Below are positions 35,372 through 45,549 of a stretch of DNA of 64,000 nucleotides, one piece after another. Numbering within the stretch: position 1 is the first letter of the stretch; every line of letters begins with the position of its first letter. This DNA is from a virus (taxonomy: Duplodnaviria; Caudoviricetes). The translations under genes were made by a program, and so were the position numbers. The notes below the pieces were generated by a model, which was given only the letters and a program-made list of their open reading frames with translations, ran no database searches and was not told the DNA's origin. The stretch is taken from positions 1 through 64,000 of IMG/VR virus record IMGVR_UViG_3300031861_000001; one strand, given 5' to 3'.

Positions 35372-37190
35372 GATCGTGACTCTTTAATTCTGATTTTAAT
35401 TTATCAATTTGTTTTTGTTGTTCTTTAATTGCTTCTATTAATAATGGAACCATTGATGCATAATCTACAGTTAAATAATCCTTACCTGACCGTGATTTTC
35501 CTTCCATATCTCTATCAAATGGTGCTAATGAAACAACTTCAGGTAAGACTTTTTGAACATCTTGTGCAATAAGACCTACTCGCTTTTTATCAGGATTCCA
35601 TTCACTCCCAACTACTTCGCTAATATTATCCACCCAATCATATGTTATACCTTTAAGTTGTGTAATTTTTTTAATAGCACTTGTTATAGGTACTTTATTC
35701 TCTTTTAATCTTTCATCTGATGCACTAGATGTAACATCTCCTGTAGCAGATATACCACCAGAAACATACAATTTATCGCTTGGACTAGTAGATCCGATGC
35801 CTACGTTTCCAGAGGGGAGAAAGGTCATTTTAATTGTACCACTCGCACCATCACCTTGAAGAATGTCTAATCTATTAGCACTATAATTAGTATTCAGTGA
35901 CCACGTGTCTCCACCACCCCTAAGTGAAATTTCTGCCGGTCCACTAGTGTTGTAAGCATATATCTGTGGTTCCGCCGGTCCAGCTCCAAAAGCGCCTTGA
36001 ACACGAACACCTGTCGATTCAACTACCATTCGCTCTGTACCACCTGTATCGAACCTGATTTTATCTTCGTCTGCTGATTCTTCCATTTGAATCTTTGTAT
36101 CATTGTCAGCATCTGAGATAGCATCAGTGGAAAGACCGGATTGCATATATGTTCTGACAGTATCAACATTGGTCATCGCCATTGTACCACCATCATTAAT
36201 CAAAATACCATCACCTGAAGCGAGAGCAGTAGTACCTCTTGCAGTGCCGCCATCAATCAGATTTATTTCTGTAGTTGTTACGGTCGCTCCATCCAGTATA
36301 TTAAGTTCTGCTGCAGTAGAAGTTGCTCCATCCAGTATATTAAGTTCTGTAGCATCTGAAGTTATTGCTGCCAACTTTGTAAAATCTGCTTGTATAAGTC
36401 CAGAAACACCATCTAAAAGATTGAGTTCAGTTGCATCTGAAGTTATTGCTGCCAACTTTGTAAAATCTGCTTGTACAAGTCCTGAAACCGCATTTAATAA
36501 ATTAAGTTCTGCAGCTGTTGATGTAACACCATCTAATATATTTAACTCTGCAGCTGTTGATGTAACACCATCTAATATATTTAACTCTGCGGCTGTTGAT
36601 GTAACACCATCTAATATATTTAACTCTGCTGTGGTAGATGTAACACCATCTAAAAGATTGAGTTCTGCTGTGGTAGATGTAACACCATCTAAAAGATTGA
36701 GTTCTGCTGCAGATGAAGTTATTGCCGCACCATTCAACTGAAAGGTTTTGCCAGAAGCAAGATTAATGTGTTCAGACGAAGTCCAAGCATCAGTTGAATT
36801 GACCCAGTTAAAAGTCTTGTCAGTTGCACCTTTGAGTGTAATACCTCCACCATCAGCGGTTATATCAGTTGGTGTTGCAACATTACCCAATTCAATATTT
36901 TTATCATCAACTGTAAGAGTAGTAGTGTCCACTGTGGTTGTGGTGCCACTAACAACTAAATTTCCTGCAACAGCAACTGTTCCATCTGCTATTATTTTAA
37001 ATCTTGACACGCCGGCGGTTGAAAATTCTAAAACATCATCGGCACTTTGAAACAAACCAGTATCTGCATCACCAAAAGCTAAAACAGGTAAGGTGGCAGA
37101 CTGCGAAGCAATAGGTCTTCGAAGTAGCAGTTGTCGTACTTGACCCTTACCTACCCTTTCACTAGTTGTCTGTAAATTTACAAATCTCAT
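35361..37190 (-). CDS. tail fibre with 13-aa repeats and C-terminal S74 intramolecular chaperone
   Basis: SDERLKEN...GLIAQDVQKVLPEVV...VDYASMVPLLIEAIKE; TSTAAELNILDGV repeats. Confidence 0.88.
   Translation of the reverse strand: MRFVNLQTTSERVGKGQVRQLLLRRPIASQSATLPVLAFGDADTGLFQSADDVLEFSTAGVSRFKIIADGTVAVAGNLVVSGTTTTVDTTTLTVDDKNIELGNVATPTDITADGGGITLKGATDKTFNWVNSTDAWTSSEHINLASGKTFQLNGAAITSSAAELNLLDGVTSTTAELNLLDGVTSTTAELNILDGVTSTAAELNILDGVTSTAAELNILDGVTSTAAELNLLNAVSGLVQADFTKLAAITSDATELNLLDGVSGLIQADFTKLAAITSDATELNILDGATSTAAELNILDGATVTTTEINLIDGGTARGTTALASGDGILINDGGTMAMTNVDTVRTYMQSGLSTDAISDADNDTKIQMEESADEDKIRFDTGGTERMVVESTGVRVQGAFGAGPAEPQIYAYNTSGPAEISLRGGGDTWSLNTNYSANRLDILQGDGASGTIKMTFLPSGNVGIGSTSPSDKLYVSGGISATGDVTSSASDERLKENKVPITSAIKKITQLKGITYDWVDNISEVVGSEWNPDKKRVGLIAQDVQKVLPEVVSLAPFDRDMEGKSRSGKDYLTVDYASMVPLLIEAIKEQQKQIDKLKSELKSHDHGL
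36246..36722 (-). repeat. 39 bp / 81 bp in-frame tandem repeats
   Basis: Ten E(L/I)N(I/L)LDG units; two 27 aa units contain SGL(V/I)QADFTKLAAI. Confidence 0.9.
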
Positions 37191-37456
37191 GTGCTATCTT
37201 CTATTAAACTTGCTACTCCTAATTCACTTACTTGATGTGTATTATTTATTGTATCCATAACATCCTCATAAGTTTTTATCATGGTCATATCTTCAAATGA
37301 TTGAAGGTTATAATAAACTACTGTTTTTTCTTCTAACCATTCAATCTTGTTAGTTGAAATATTGTGTGTAGCTGTTTCTTCATAATGTGTATTATCTTCA
37401 AACACAAATCCAGTAATGGACATATCTGATTTTTTGTATTCCATATAAATTTCCAT
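37187..37456 (-). CDS. hypothetical protein
   Basis: 89 aa acidic ORF in the fibre module. Confidence 0.55.
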   Translation of the reverse strand: MEIYMEYKKSDMSITGFVFEDNTHYEETATHNISTNKIEWLEEKTVVYYNLQSFEDMTMIKTYEDVMDTINNTHQVSELGVASLIEDST

Positions 37457-37466
37457 TAGAATGCCC

Positions 37467-38054
37467 TTATTGTGTAACGGTAATTGGAATTTCCGTTTTA
37501 TGCTCCGGTTGATGATTATTATTGGATTGTGTTCCTAAGAACGATAAAGACTGTTCATAGTTCCCAATTCCTGCTCCAGTACCACCAATATATTTTGCAT
37601 AAAAAGTAAAATGAGGTTCCCTGGCGGCATGAGCACATTTAAAGAAAAATGTGGCACCATTGTTGCCAGCATCGGTGCTAAGATAATAGCAATTTACAGT
37701 TAATGAAACACCATATGCCCCGCCACCTGGATCTATATTACAAAATCTATAGCAGAGTGAGTGGTTTGCACCCCCATGATCGGCAATGTGTGCGTGATTA
37801 TTCGATTGCACAAGAGTAAACTTTTGAAGTATGGCAGATGAGGCATGACCTCCAGCTATATGACAATGAATATCCCAAACTCCGGGGGTTCCTGCACTAG
37901 AATATCCTCCGGGTGAAACAAGTTTATACCATGAATACATCGTGGTGTGAGAGGGACTAACAGTTGATCTACTGCTATGAACCCATTCTTGAACAGTAGA
38001 CCCATTATCGCCTCTGAGTACTTTTTTATGTGTGATTTTCATTGTTTTCGTCAA
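37467..38054 (-). CDS. His-rich fibre-module protein
   Basis: DIHCHIAGGH, NNHAHIADHGGANH. Confidence 0.55.
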   Translation of the reverse strand: MTKTMKITHKKVLRGDNGSTVQEWVHSSRSTVSPSHTTMYSWYKLVSPGGYSSAGTPGVWDIHCHIAGGHASSAILQKFTLVQSNNHAHIADHGGANHSLCYRFCNIDPGGGAYGVSLTVNCYYLSTDAGNNGATFFFKCAHAAREPHFTFYAKYIGGTGAGIGNYEQSLSFLGTQSNNNHQPEHKTEIPITVTQ

Positions 38055-38329
38055 TCGGGTTTTGGAATATCGGCCTTTATTTTCTTTATGGCATCATCCC
38101 ATCTAGTACCACCATCCAAACTATCATCGTATTGTAATTCAAATTGGTTTAGGTGGAAGTATGCTTCTTTTCTGTCCCTCTGATATTGAGTTGCTGCCCA
38201 TACAATATCATCTGCTTTTGCCTGAGCAACCATTTCATCATAACGCTCTATTGCTTCCTCTCTTGAACCAAACATCTCTGTTAAAGCCTTTAATGACTCC
38301 TCTTCCATTTCATCAACAGGTGTTGCCAT
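38051..38329 (-). CDS. small tail-fibre chaperone-like protein
   Basis: YQRDRKEAY...QFELQYDD...W.DAIKKIKADIPKP pattern seen next to marine phage fibres. Confidence 0.55.
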   Translation of the reverse strand: MATPVDEMEEESLKALTEMFGSREEAIERYDEMVAQAKADDIVWAATQYQRDRKEAYFHLNQFELQYDDSLDGGTRWDDAIKKIKADIPKPD

Positions 38330-38826
38330 TAGATAATTTCCGTTGAATTATACATGTGCCACGAATTTGCACCGCCACTTGGACCGTTATGACCAACAGC
38401 ACTATCAGAGGTAACATAAGCGGATTCAAAATTCTCCACTATAACATGAAACCTGCGGTAGGAGCTATGATCGAACTTAATTTGACACCTTTCATAAGTA
38501 CTATTATAATTAGCAGGATATGGAGTTCCTATACCCGTATTGTATATGGTCCCAATAGAAGGGTTACCACTTCTTGTATGACCATGTATCAGAAAATGAC
38601 CATAACTTGAGTTAGGTCCATACCAAGTCTCATGGATATGAATATGACAAGCCCCTACACCCCACCAGTGTCTGCCGTACATCAAAAAGGTACATGTACC
38701 ACCACTCGCTCCGGTATATGTTGATGTCATAAATCTTTTATGGTAGCTGTTATGAGTAGTTAATGCTGCGGACTGACTGGCTGTTCTCCCACTAATCGAT
38801 CCCGAATGGGTTCCAATAAAAGCCAT
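38329..38826 (-). CDS. His-rich fibre-module protein
   Basis: CHIHIHE and GHFLIHGH. Confidence 0.55.
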   Translation of the reverse strand: MAFIGTHSGSISGRTASQSAALTTHNSYHKRFMTSTYTGASGGTCTFLMYGRHWWGVGACHIHIHETWYGPNSSYGHFLIHGHTRSGNPSIGTIYNTGIGTPYPANYNSTYERCQIKFDHSSYRRFHVIVENFESAYVTSDSAVGHNGPSGGANSWHMYNSTEII

Positions 38827-38837
38827 TTATTCTCCTT

Positions 38838-40070
38838 CTAAACCTCTGTTAAATCTATTTTAAACTTCTTGCCCGTTTTCTTATTAATTACAAATATATT
38901 TTCATCACCCTCTTGGATAGTCCATTCTCCAGTTGTTCCGTCAATTTCGTTACCACCTTCCTTACCTTCATTTGAAAGATGCATATCTGCAGTATATATA
39001 TTTGCCCATCTTAATGAAGCAGAACCTAAATTTTGTGTATTGTCGGCGCCCGGAGTAATATGACCAGTGGAACCATGAATTGTCATTCTTGTAACTAAGT
39101 TTGCTTCGCCAGCAGAACCATTAGGACAGTTTCTAAAGTTAATATTACTATAGACTCCGTTATTACCTTGATAAAAATTATCAACATACAGTTGGGCATC
39201 TCCAGTTGAATATCTGAATAATCCTGCTAAATTATCATTATCCTGATACCCTGCACGGAATCCCGGTTTTTGAGAATCGGCAGCAGATTGAGCATCAATT
39301 ATGACATTAGTTGCTCTAGCTGAAATCAGGGTTGTTGCTGATACAGTTGCACCTGTTCCAACTGCTAATGCAGTACCGATTCCTACGTTGCCTGTAAACG
39401 TAGGACTAGCTAGGGGTGCATAAGTTGAGGCTGCTGTAGTTGAGGCTAACTTTGTGTTCATCTGTGTTTGAATAGCAGAAGTTACACCATCAGTATAATT
39501 AAGCTCTGCAGTTGTTGCAGTTACACCGTCCAGTATATTAATTTCGGATGCAGTAGAAGTTACACCGTCCAGTATATTAAGTTCTGCAGCAGATGCAGAT
39601 ATAGCTGCACCATTCAACTGAAAGGTTTTACCAGAAGCAAGATTAATATGTTCAGACGAAGTCCAAGCATCAGTTGAATTGATCCAGTTAAAAGTCTTAT
39701 CGGTCGCACCCTTAAGAGTAATACCACCACCATCGGCAGTTGTATCTGATGGGGTTACAACACTACCCAATTCAATATTTTTATCATCTACTGTAAGAGT
39801 TGTACTACCGATCGTAGTTGTGGTACCACTAACAACTAAATTTCCGGAAATGGTTGTTATACCGGATGCGTCCCACTTCATTCTTGAAACGCCAGCAGTT
39901 GTTAATTCTAAAACATCATCGGAACTTTGAAAAAAACCAGTATCTGCATCACCAAAAGCTAAAACAGGTAAGGTGGCAGACTGACCATCAGCAGCTTTTC
40001 TAAGTATCATCCGTTTCTTGCTGCCTTTACCTACCCTTTCACTGGTTGCGGATAAATTTACAAATCTCAT
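38838..40070 (-). CDS. tail fibre (shares N-terminal ~160 aa with 35361-37190)
   Basis: Same MRFVNL...SEHINLASGKTFQLNG start; three repeat units; C-terminal NEIDGTTGEWTIQEG...NKKTGKKFK. Confidence 0.85.
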   Translation of the reverse strand: MRFVNLSATSERVGKGSKKRMILRKAADGQSATLPVLAFGDADTGFFQSSDDVLELTTAGVSRMKWDASGITTISGNLVVSGTTTTIGSTTLTVDDKNIELGSVVTPSDTTADGGGITLKGATDKTFNWINSTDAWTSSEHINLASGKTFQLNGAAISASAAELNILDGVTSTASEINILDGVTATTAELNYTDGVTSAIQTQMNTKLASTTAASTYAPLASPTFTGNVGIGTALAVGTGATVSATTLISARATNVIIDAQSAADSQKPGFRAGYQDNDNLAGLFRYSTGDAQLYVDNFYQGNNGVYSNINFRNCPNGSAGEANLVTRMTIHGSTGHITPGADNTQNLGSASLRWANIYTADMHLSNEGKEGGNEIDGTTGEWTIQEGDENIFVINKKTGKKFKIDLTEV

Positions 40071-40423
40071 GTACTGTCTACTAATAGATATGAAAGAAAA
40101 ACATTAACTGATGTGGCAGTATCTGACCATACCTTTAATATATCTGATTCTTCTAAAATGAGCTTGCTGCTATCTAGGATATCTAATGTGGAATTAACGG
40201 AAACGCCAACGTCATTTATAAAAATTATTGCATTTGTGGAAGCACTACTATCTGTTAGTTCTACAGATATTTTGATGTCGGCTGAAGCATGCTTATTAGT
40301 TACATGTATACCAATTAAAACACACCTTGAACTATTTCCACTTGGACATGTTAAAACTGTTGTGGGGCTGCCGGAACTATTACTTATATCCTCTACCCAA
40401 GCATTTTTAAATGTATTTGCCAT
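40067..40423 (-). CDS. virion structural protein
   Basis: MANTFKNA...beta-rich...VNVFLSYL; lies in the structural block. Confidence 0.6.
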   Translation of the reverse strand: MANTFKNAWVEDISNSSGSPTTVLTCPSGNSSRCVLIGIHVTNKHASADIKISVELTDSSASTNAIIFINDVGVSVNSTLDILDSSKLILEESDILKVWSDTATSVNVFLSYLLVDST

Positions 40424-40433
40424 TTAATCTCCA

Positions 40434-40643
40434 TCATCCAAGTGCAATAGCTAAAGCAAGCGCATCTGACTCCGCTTTGTTTAAAACCTCAGTTCTTAAC
40501 GTAGTTCCTAACTGAGATGAATTTGCTATGAGTGTATTATTTATTTTATATGATTTGGAGGATGCGAGATCCACATCACCGGTGCATTCTGTATCACCTG
40601 TTATTTTTATTCCGTTGGCTACTTCAAATACTCTTACTGCCAT
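40434..40643 (-). CDS. small structural protein
   Basis: Ends ALALAIALG; lies in the structural block. Confidence 0.55.
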   Translation of the reverse strand: MAVRVFEVANGIKITGDTECTGDVDLASSKSYKINNTLIANSSQLGTTLRTEVLNKAESDALALAIALG

Positions 40644-40648
40644 ATCGT

Positions 40649-41977
40649 TTATACGCTAAAGAAGGTTGCTTCTACCTTGGCTACTATAGAAACGCCGTCC
40701 GCGTTGGCAATATTCATTCCTATGTGAGTTGAGCCTGCAGTATCACCTGAACCATCGGTTGTATTAAAAGTTATGGTCGTGCTAATTGCATGACCTAACG
40801 TACCATATTCGTTATTTTCTACTGCACCGCTTCCACTTTCACAAAATAAATACTTATGAACCGCTGTTTCATTAGTACCCGCCTTCATTTTCAAAATTAC
40901 CTCTCCAGCGGAATAACTAGCTATAGGAATTTCAAATAGCCATGCGTTCGCATTGTGGGCGATAGTGGACGAAGCCACTAAAGTTCGGGTAATATCTTTT
41001 TGATACCAATCAGTATGAACTGTTAAATCACCACCAATTACAGTAGCTTTTGCGACCCCCAGTCCACCAGATGATAGTAATTGTCCTGTTGTATTAGATG
41101 TGGCATTTGCGGTTCCGTCTGCATGTACAACATTAGCAAAAAGAGATAATGCTACTCCTATACCACCATCAGTTTGAATTGAACCAGATGTTCCACTTGT
41201 TGAATCTGTTGTGCCTTCAACTACTATAGCATCTTGGGCTGTTACTGTACCTTGATTCGTATCAACATAATCTGAAACAGTTATACTGCCTGTTGATAAT
41301 CCGCCAGAAGTAGTTTGAACAAATGCAAATTCATCTTCCGATTCATCCCATACAAAAGCGACGTTCGCAGAAGTCCCCCTGTTGACCATAAGTCCTTGGT
41401 CATGCGTAGGAGCAACGGAATCACCATTTGCAGATAAGGTAATTAAAGGATCACTAACACTTAAATTCGTTGCATTAACATAAGTAAGGGCACCATCAAC
41501 AAATAAACTTCCATCAATAGCTACATTAGCTGAAAATGTAGCGTCTCCGGATGCAGCAAATTCTTTAACTTTAAGACCACCAGTTGTATTCGCAGCTAAT
41601 ATTACAGCTGCACTTGCACCACTAGTATCATTAGAAGAGGTAATTGCGTGTGTATGCGAAGAAGTAGTAGCAGCATCTGTAGTAACAGCAGTTAATGTAT
41701 CTGGAGTTCCTAATGTAATTGTTTGGGTATCAGTTCCAACTCCACCGCCTGCTTTGGCGGAAACAGTAATACCATCACCAGCTACTACTGATTCTAATTC
41801 TCCTGCATCTATTTCTGCTTTTACTTGGGCATATGTACGAGAATGGACATTAGAATTATTGTCCATTTCCAGAATTTTACCGTTAGTTGCTACGGCGCCA
41901 TCGGTAGGAGTATTAAGAAGAGTTAAATTCGCATCTGATTTTAAACCACCTCTTACCCTAAACTGTTGTTGTGCCAT
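40649..41977 (-). CDS. fibre-like virion structural protein
   Basis: Gly/Thr/Ser-rich; VSDPLITL...DQGLMVNRG...AFVWDESEDEF. Confidence 0.7.
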   Translation of the reverse strand: MAQQQFRVRGGLKSDANLTLLNTPTDGAVATNGKILEMDNNSNVHSRTYAQVKAEIDAGELESVVAGDGITVSAKAGGGVGTDTQTITLGTPDTLTAVTTDAATTSSHTHAITSSNDTSGASAAVILAANTTGGLKVKEFAASGDATFSANVAIDGSLFVDGALTYVNATNLSVSDPLITLSANGDSVAPTHDQGLMVNRGTSANVAFVWDESEDEFAFVQTTSGGLSTGSITVSDYVDTNQGTVTAQDAIVVEGTTDSTSGTSGSIQTDGGIGVALSLFANVVHADGTANATSNTTGQLLSSGGLGVAKATVIGGDLTVHTDWYQKDITRTLVASSTIAHNANAWLFEIPIASYSAGEVILKMKAGTNETAVHKYLFCESGSGAVENNEYGTLGHAISTTITFNTTDGSGDTAGSTHIGMNIANADGVSIVAKVEATFFSV

Positions 41978-41998
41978 TGACTAAATTCCTCAGATGTT

Positions 41999-43024
41999 CT
42001 ATGAATCTGGTGCGTTCGTGCACACTGTTCGATGAACAGTGACTACTTGTTGATCGGAAGAAGTAGTAACTTTTAACCGAACATTATTTGCTGTTATATC
42101 TGACGCAATGCCAGGACTCATTGTAATTGCGCCTAATTCCACTTCTCCATAAACTGTCAATGCTGTATCTGTTCCATCATGTACTAATGCCACTTCCCCT
42201 GTCCAATATGCTTTATTACCCACAGTATAATCTTCGCAGGAGACGATATACTTAGCGGTTCGATAAGTATTTATATTAAAGGTATCCGCAACTACTTGAC
42301 CAGCAACAGCTTGAATAGTTCTTGTTGTAGAATATACTATTTCAGTATTAACTGTGAAAGTTCCTATGGTCTGAAAATCAGTAAATGATAAAACATTTAC
42401 ATCAACAGATCTCCAAGCCTCCAATCCCTCATTATATTGCCATATCTCATTATTTGCATACGATGATGCTGCAACGTCTGATAAATCCCCCATTACACTA
42501 GTAGAAAGATCCACTGATGATGTAGTTGATGGATCACCAGGTTGCCATTTACCTGTGTTAGTATTCCATTTTAAAATATATCCATTTTGAACTCCTGCCA
42601 GCGTGACATCAGTTAATTGAGATATTTTTAATTGATCTGCAAAAGCTAGTAATCTATTACCAGTAATTTGTGTAGCGCCGATAATAGTATTAGAACCAAA
42701 ATCTAAATATTCGGCTCCGCCAACTTCTGTTATTCCAAGAGATCTAGTAGATAATGTTAAGGTATTTCCTTGAAGAAATAAATCACCAAAAGGTTGAGTA
42801 TTAGAACCTAAGCCGGCAGGTTTTTGTCCAGGTTCCGGAGCCTTAGGTTTTAAGTTGACTGTTAGATTTTCTAAATCAACTATGCCTAAATGAACTATAG
42901 TATCATCTGCAGCAACGCGTGTAAGTGTTGCCGAAGGTGCTTTTGCACCATCAACTAATGAAACTCCTCCACCAGAACTAACTACTGCTTCAACAGATCC
43001 GATATTTAAATTCGCTTCTGCCAC
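41999..43024 (-). CDS. virion structural protein (baseplate/fibre-associated)
   Basis: LTDV/LSDV...ILKWN...W repeats; YRTAKYIVS C-terminal beta domain. Confidence 0.65.
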   Translation of the reverse strand: MAEANLNIGSVEAVVSSGGGVSLVDGAKAPSATLTRVAADDTIVHLGIVDLENLTVNLKPKAPEPGQKPAGLGSNTQPFGDLFLQGNTLTLSTRSLGITEVGGAEYLDFGSNTIIGATQITGNRLLAFADQLKISQLTDVTLAGVQNGYILKWNTNTGKWQPGDPSTTSSVDLSTSVMGDLSDVAASSYANNEIWQYNEGLEAWRSVDVNVLSFTDFQTIGTFTVNTEIVYSTTRTIQAVAGQVVADTFNINTYRTAKYIVSCEDYTVGNKAYWTGEVALVHDGTDTALTVYGEVELGAITMSPGIASDITANNVRLKVTTSSDQQVVTVHRTVCTNAPDS

Positions 43025-43034
43025 TCACACTCTC

Positions 43035-43418
43035 CTAACTTTCAAGTAATAATTTATTGCCGGTTTCTAAAAGAGTTGCGCCCTTGGGACTAGCTGTTGG
43101 ACTTAATGTTAGCTGTCCCTGAATAACTCGTCTAGTTATATCATATGTTGAATTATTAATAACAACATCGTAATTATAGCGGCCTGGTGAAATATCATCA
43201 GATACAGACCCCAGTAATTTTATTTGTAACTTTCCGGCTGCTGCGTCTGTTACGGTTGGGGTAAATTTGTATACCTTATTAGCTCCGACCCATTTTTGAA
43301 AATAAGCCTCAACTGTATAACCTGTTAAATCAGTTGCGTTGCCACTATCATCTTCAACTGTTAATGTTAAAGTATAATCAGAACCTTGGTCTACAAATAC
43401 ATTTACAATAGATGCCAT
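43035..43418 (-). CDS. baseplate-associated Ig-like structural protein (BppU-N-like)
   Basis: VDQGSDY...DLTGYT...GRYNYDVV...TRRVIQG; late promoter and AGGAG RBS upstream. Confidence 0.7.
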   Translation of the reverse strand: MASIVNVFVDQGSDYTLTLTVEDDSGNATDLTGYTVEAYFQKWVGANKVYKFTPTVTDAAAGKLQIKLLGSVSDDISPGRYNYDVVINNSTYDITRRVIQGQLTLSPTASPKGATLLETGNKLLLES

Positions 43419-43436
43419 ATAATTCTCCTTATATAA

Positions 43437-43444
43437 TATTTATA
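43437..43444 (-). promoter_or_regulatory. gp55-dependent late promoter
   Basis: Exact TATAAATA upstream of the structural operon. Confidence 0.85.
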
Positions 43445-43457
43445 AGAATTATGGACC

Positions 43458-44180
43458 TCATCTATTAGTGAATAAAGTCTCATATAAAAACTCTCTTTCG
43501 CCTTCATATTGATATTGTTTGGGCTCTAACTCATATATAATTTCTGGTTCTTGATTGCCAACTAACCATTGATGCTGCAAAGGCAACCAGCCTTGTCTAA
43601 GATGACGGCAAAAAGCATCGCGATGTGTCCATACAGTATACTTAGCCCCTCTTTGAATTCTAAAAGATATATGATGATCGGAAGCATTACCATTTGGCCA
43701 TGTCTTCAATGGATAATCTAATAATACCTGTTTTTTAAAACTACTAATCGCAAAAGAGGCAACACTTGTCTGTCTTATAAAACCTTTAGATAAAACATCA
43801 TCGACATTTTCCCATTCTGGATAATCTTGTCTTTCTGGCCAAGGTAAAGGAAAATTTTTAAATATCCCATAACAAACATTAGATTCTTTGCTCATACGAC
43901 CTCCCTCAAAATGCATATTTAACCAACCTGTATAAACATCATAATTTGGAGCATTCATTAATACATCATCAATAGCTCTTTTATAAACAATTAAATCATC
44001 TGAACTAATTAAATAATGGGTATAGTCTGAGTTACGAACAAAATGATTCATTTGATCGCATACTTGCGGTTCATTAAAAGCTCTAAACCAGACACGCGGA
44101 ATGTTAACATTTTGTTTAACAGACTTAATTGGATCAACCATCATACGTGGCTGCATTTGCATTAAAACAGGTTTGAACAT
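43458..44180 (-). CDS. putative GT-A glycosyltransferase
   Basis: YTHYLISSDDLIV (DxD-like) and ASDHHISFRI. Confidence 0.5.
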   Translation of the reverse strand: MFKPVLMQMQPRMMVDPIKSVKQNVNIPRVWFRAFNEPQVCDQMNHFVRNSDYTHYLISSDDLIVYKRAIDDVLMNAPNYDVYTGWLNMHFEGGRMSKESNVCYGIFKNFPLPWPERQDYPEWENVDDVLSKGFIRQTSVASFAISSFKKQVLLDYPLKTWPNGNASDHHISFRIQRGAKYTVWTHRDAFCRHLRQGWLPLQHQWLVGNQEPEIIYELEPKQYQYEGEREFLYETLFTNR

Positions 44181-44839
44181 TTTGTAATTAAATCTGTTTC
44201 TTCTTGGTCAGTCATTTGCGTAAATAATGTGCCTTTTTCAACGGCAGGATAACCCCGCGCATATATATCTGTTTGCTCAAACTTCTCAAGAGCTTCCCTT
44301 AAAATTTTTGGTTGTTGACTAACTAATCGCTGATGTATATGATATATCTTATCATCCTCAAATACTGGAATTTCTTCTTGTAAAATTATTCGACCTCGAT
44401 CAACATATTCATCAATAAAATGTACAGTTAATCCTTGTGGCATATCATGATACAATGCCCATTTAATATTATCTAAACCTCTATTTTCCGGAAGCAGACC
44501 AGGATGAATATTAATAATACCGATTGAATACTTATCAATTACTTCTTTTGATAATATTCTTGCGCCACCAATAATTCCTAACTCACCTGCATCAACATCT
44601 TTATGTGGTATAACAATATAAGGTATATTAAATTTATCACAAATATCTTTTGTATGAATAGTATAACAATTATTAGCACTTAATTTAATAATATCTTCTC
44701 TAAGATCAAGCTCAATTAAAGGAGCAGCATAAACTTTACCAATCTTAAATCCATTAATAATTAATTCTAATAAAATATCAACAGTTTTACGGTGTCGACA
44801 ATCATATGTAAATAAATTTATCAACATAACTATTCCCAA
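44162..44839 (-). CDS. N10-formyl-THF-dependent formyltransferase
   Basis: INIHPGLLP.NRG...GLTVHFIDEYVDRGRII. Confidence 0.88.
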   Translation of the reverse strand: MGIVMLINLFTYDCRHRKTVDILLELIINGFKIGKVYAAPLIELDLREDIIKLSANNCYTIHTKDICDKFNIPYIVIPHKDVDAGELGIIGGARILSKEVIDKYSIGIINIHPGLLPENRGLDNIKWALYHDMPQGLTVHFIDEYVDRGRIILQEEIPVFEDDKIYHIHQRLVSQQPKILREALEKFEQTDIYARGYPAVEKGTLFTQMTDQEETDLITKCSNLF

Positions 44840-45549
44840 AAATATTTATCATGAATTTTAAAATTAGAACAATCTCTCTTATGATTGCCTGTAAACATAT
44901 CATAGTCTAAACGTAAATTGGTTGCTTTCATCCAGTCTTCTAAGAATATACGATTTCTAACAGGAAGTCTATTTACACATATTTCTTCGGATGGAGCATG
45001 ACTATATTCTTGGGTTGTTTCCAAACCTACGATCCAATTTCTGCTTGAGACTTCCATTGTTTGTAATCTAAACTTTTCAAGAGGTATTGAGCCGTTATAT
45101 TGTTTATGTTGCCAATTACCTATTTCAGATGAAAAAGCTGTATAAAAATAATACCTGTGAGTGTGATGATTGAGTGGGGGTGCGGCGGCTTGCTGTCCGG
45201 GTAGATCCCATCCTTTCGGGCGTAATTGGGGCTTAAATTTTACTAATACATGTTTTACGTGAGAAATATCATGTGGTCGATATTTATTAATCACTCCATC
45301 ATCTTCTACCCATATGTCAGCTAATTCATAATCACATGCATTTATAACCCAATTTCCCGAATCATTGAAAGCTTTATCTTCTAAAAAATCAGCATCATCT
45401 GGAACATTCATTCTGTTGCGACCGGGTATATTCCAGGAATAATCAAACAAATCTTTCTCGGAACGTCTGGACCAATATGTATATCGTTCTAGACCTATTC
45501 CTCTGGCCGCTATAGAAACACCAGGACCACTAACATAAATTTCCATCAA
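44830..45549 (-). CDS. hypothetical protein, tandem paralogue A
   Basis: Near-identical to 45546-46298 over long stretches. Confidence 0.7.
   Translation of the reverse strand: MMEIYVSGPGVSIAARGIGLERYTYWSRRSEKDLFDYSWNIPGRNRMNVPDDADFLEDKAFNDSGNWVINACDYELADIWVEDDGVINKYRPHDISHVKHVLVKFKPQLRPKGWDLPGQQAAAPPLNHHTHRYYFYTAFSSEIGNWQHKQYNGSIPLEKFRLQTMEVSSRNWIVGLETTQEYSHAPSEEICVNRLPVRNRIFLEDWMKATNLRLDYDMFTGNHKRDCSNFKIHDKYFWE

Noticed and set aside
36246-36722. CRISPR-like array
   Set aside because: The units abut with no unique spacers, have periods of 39/81 bp and encode in-frame fibre repeats.
36103-36741. 212 aa plus-strand ORF and other plus-strand ORFs in the track
   Set aside because: These are antisense shadows of repetitive or biased minus-strand genes; they lack RBS and family motifs.
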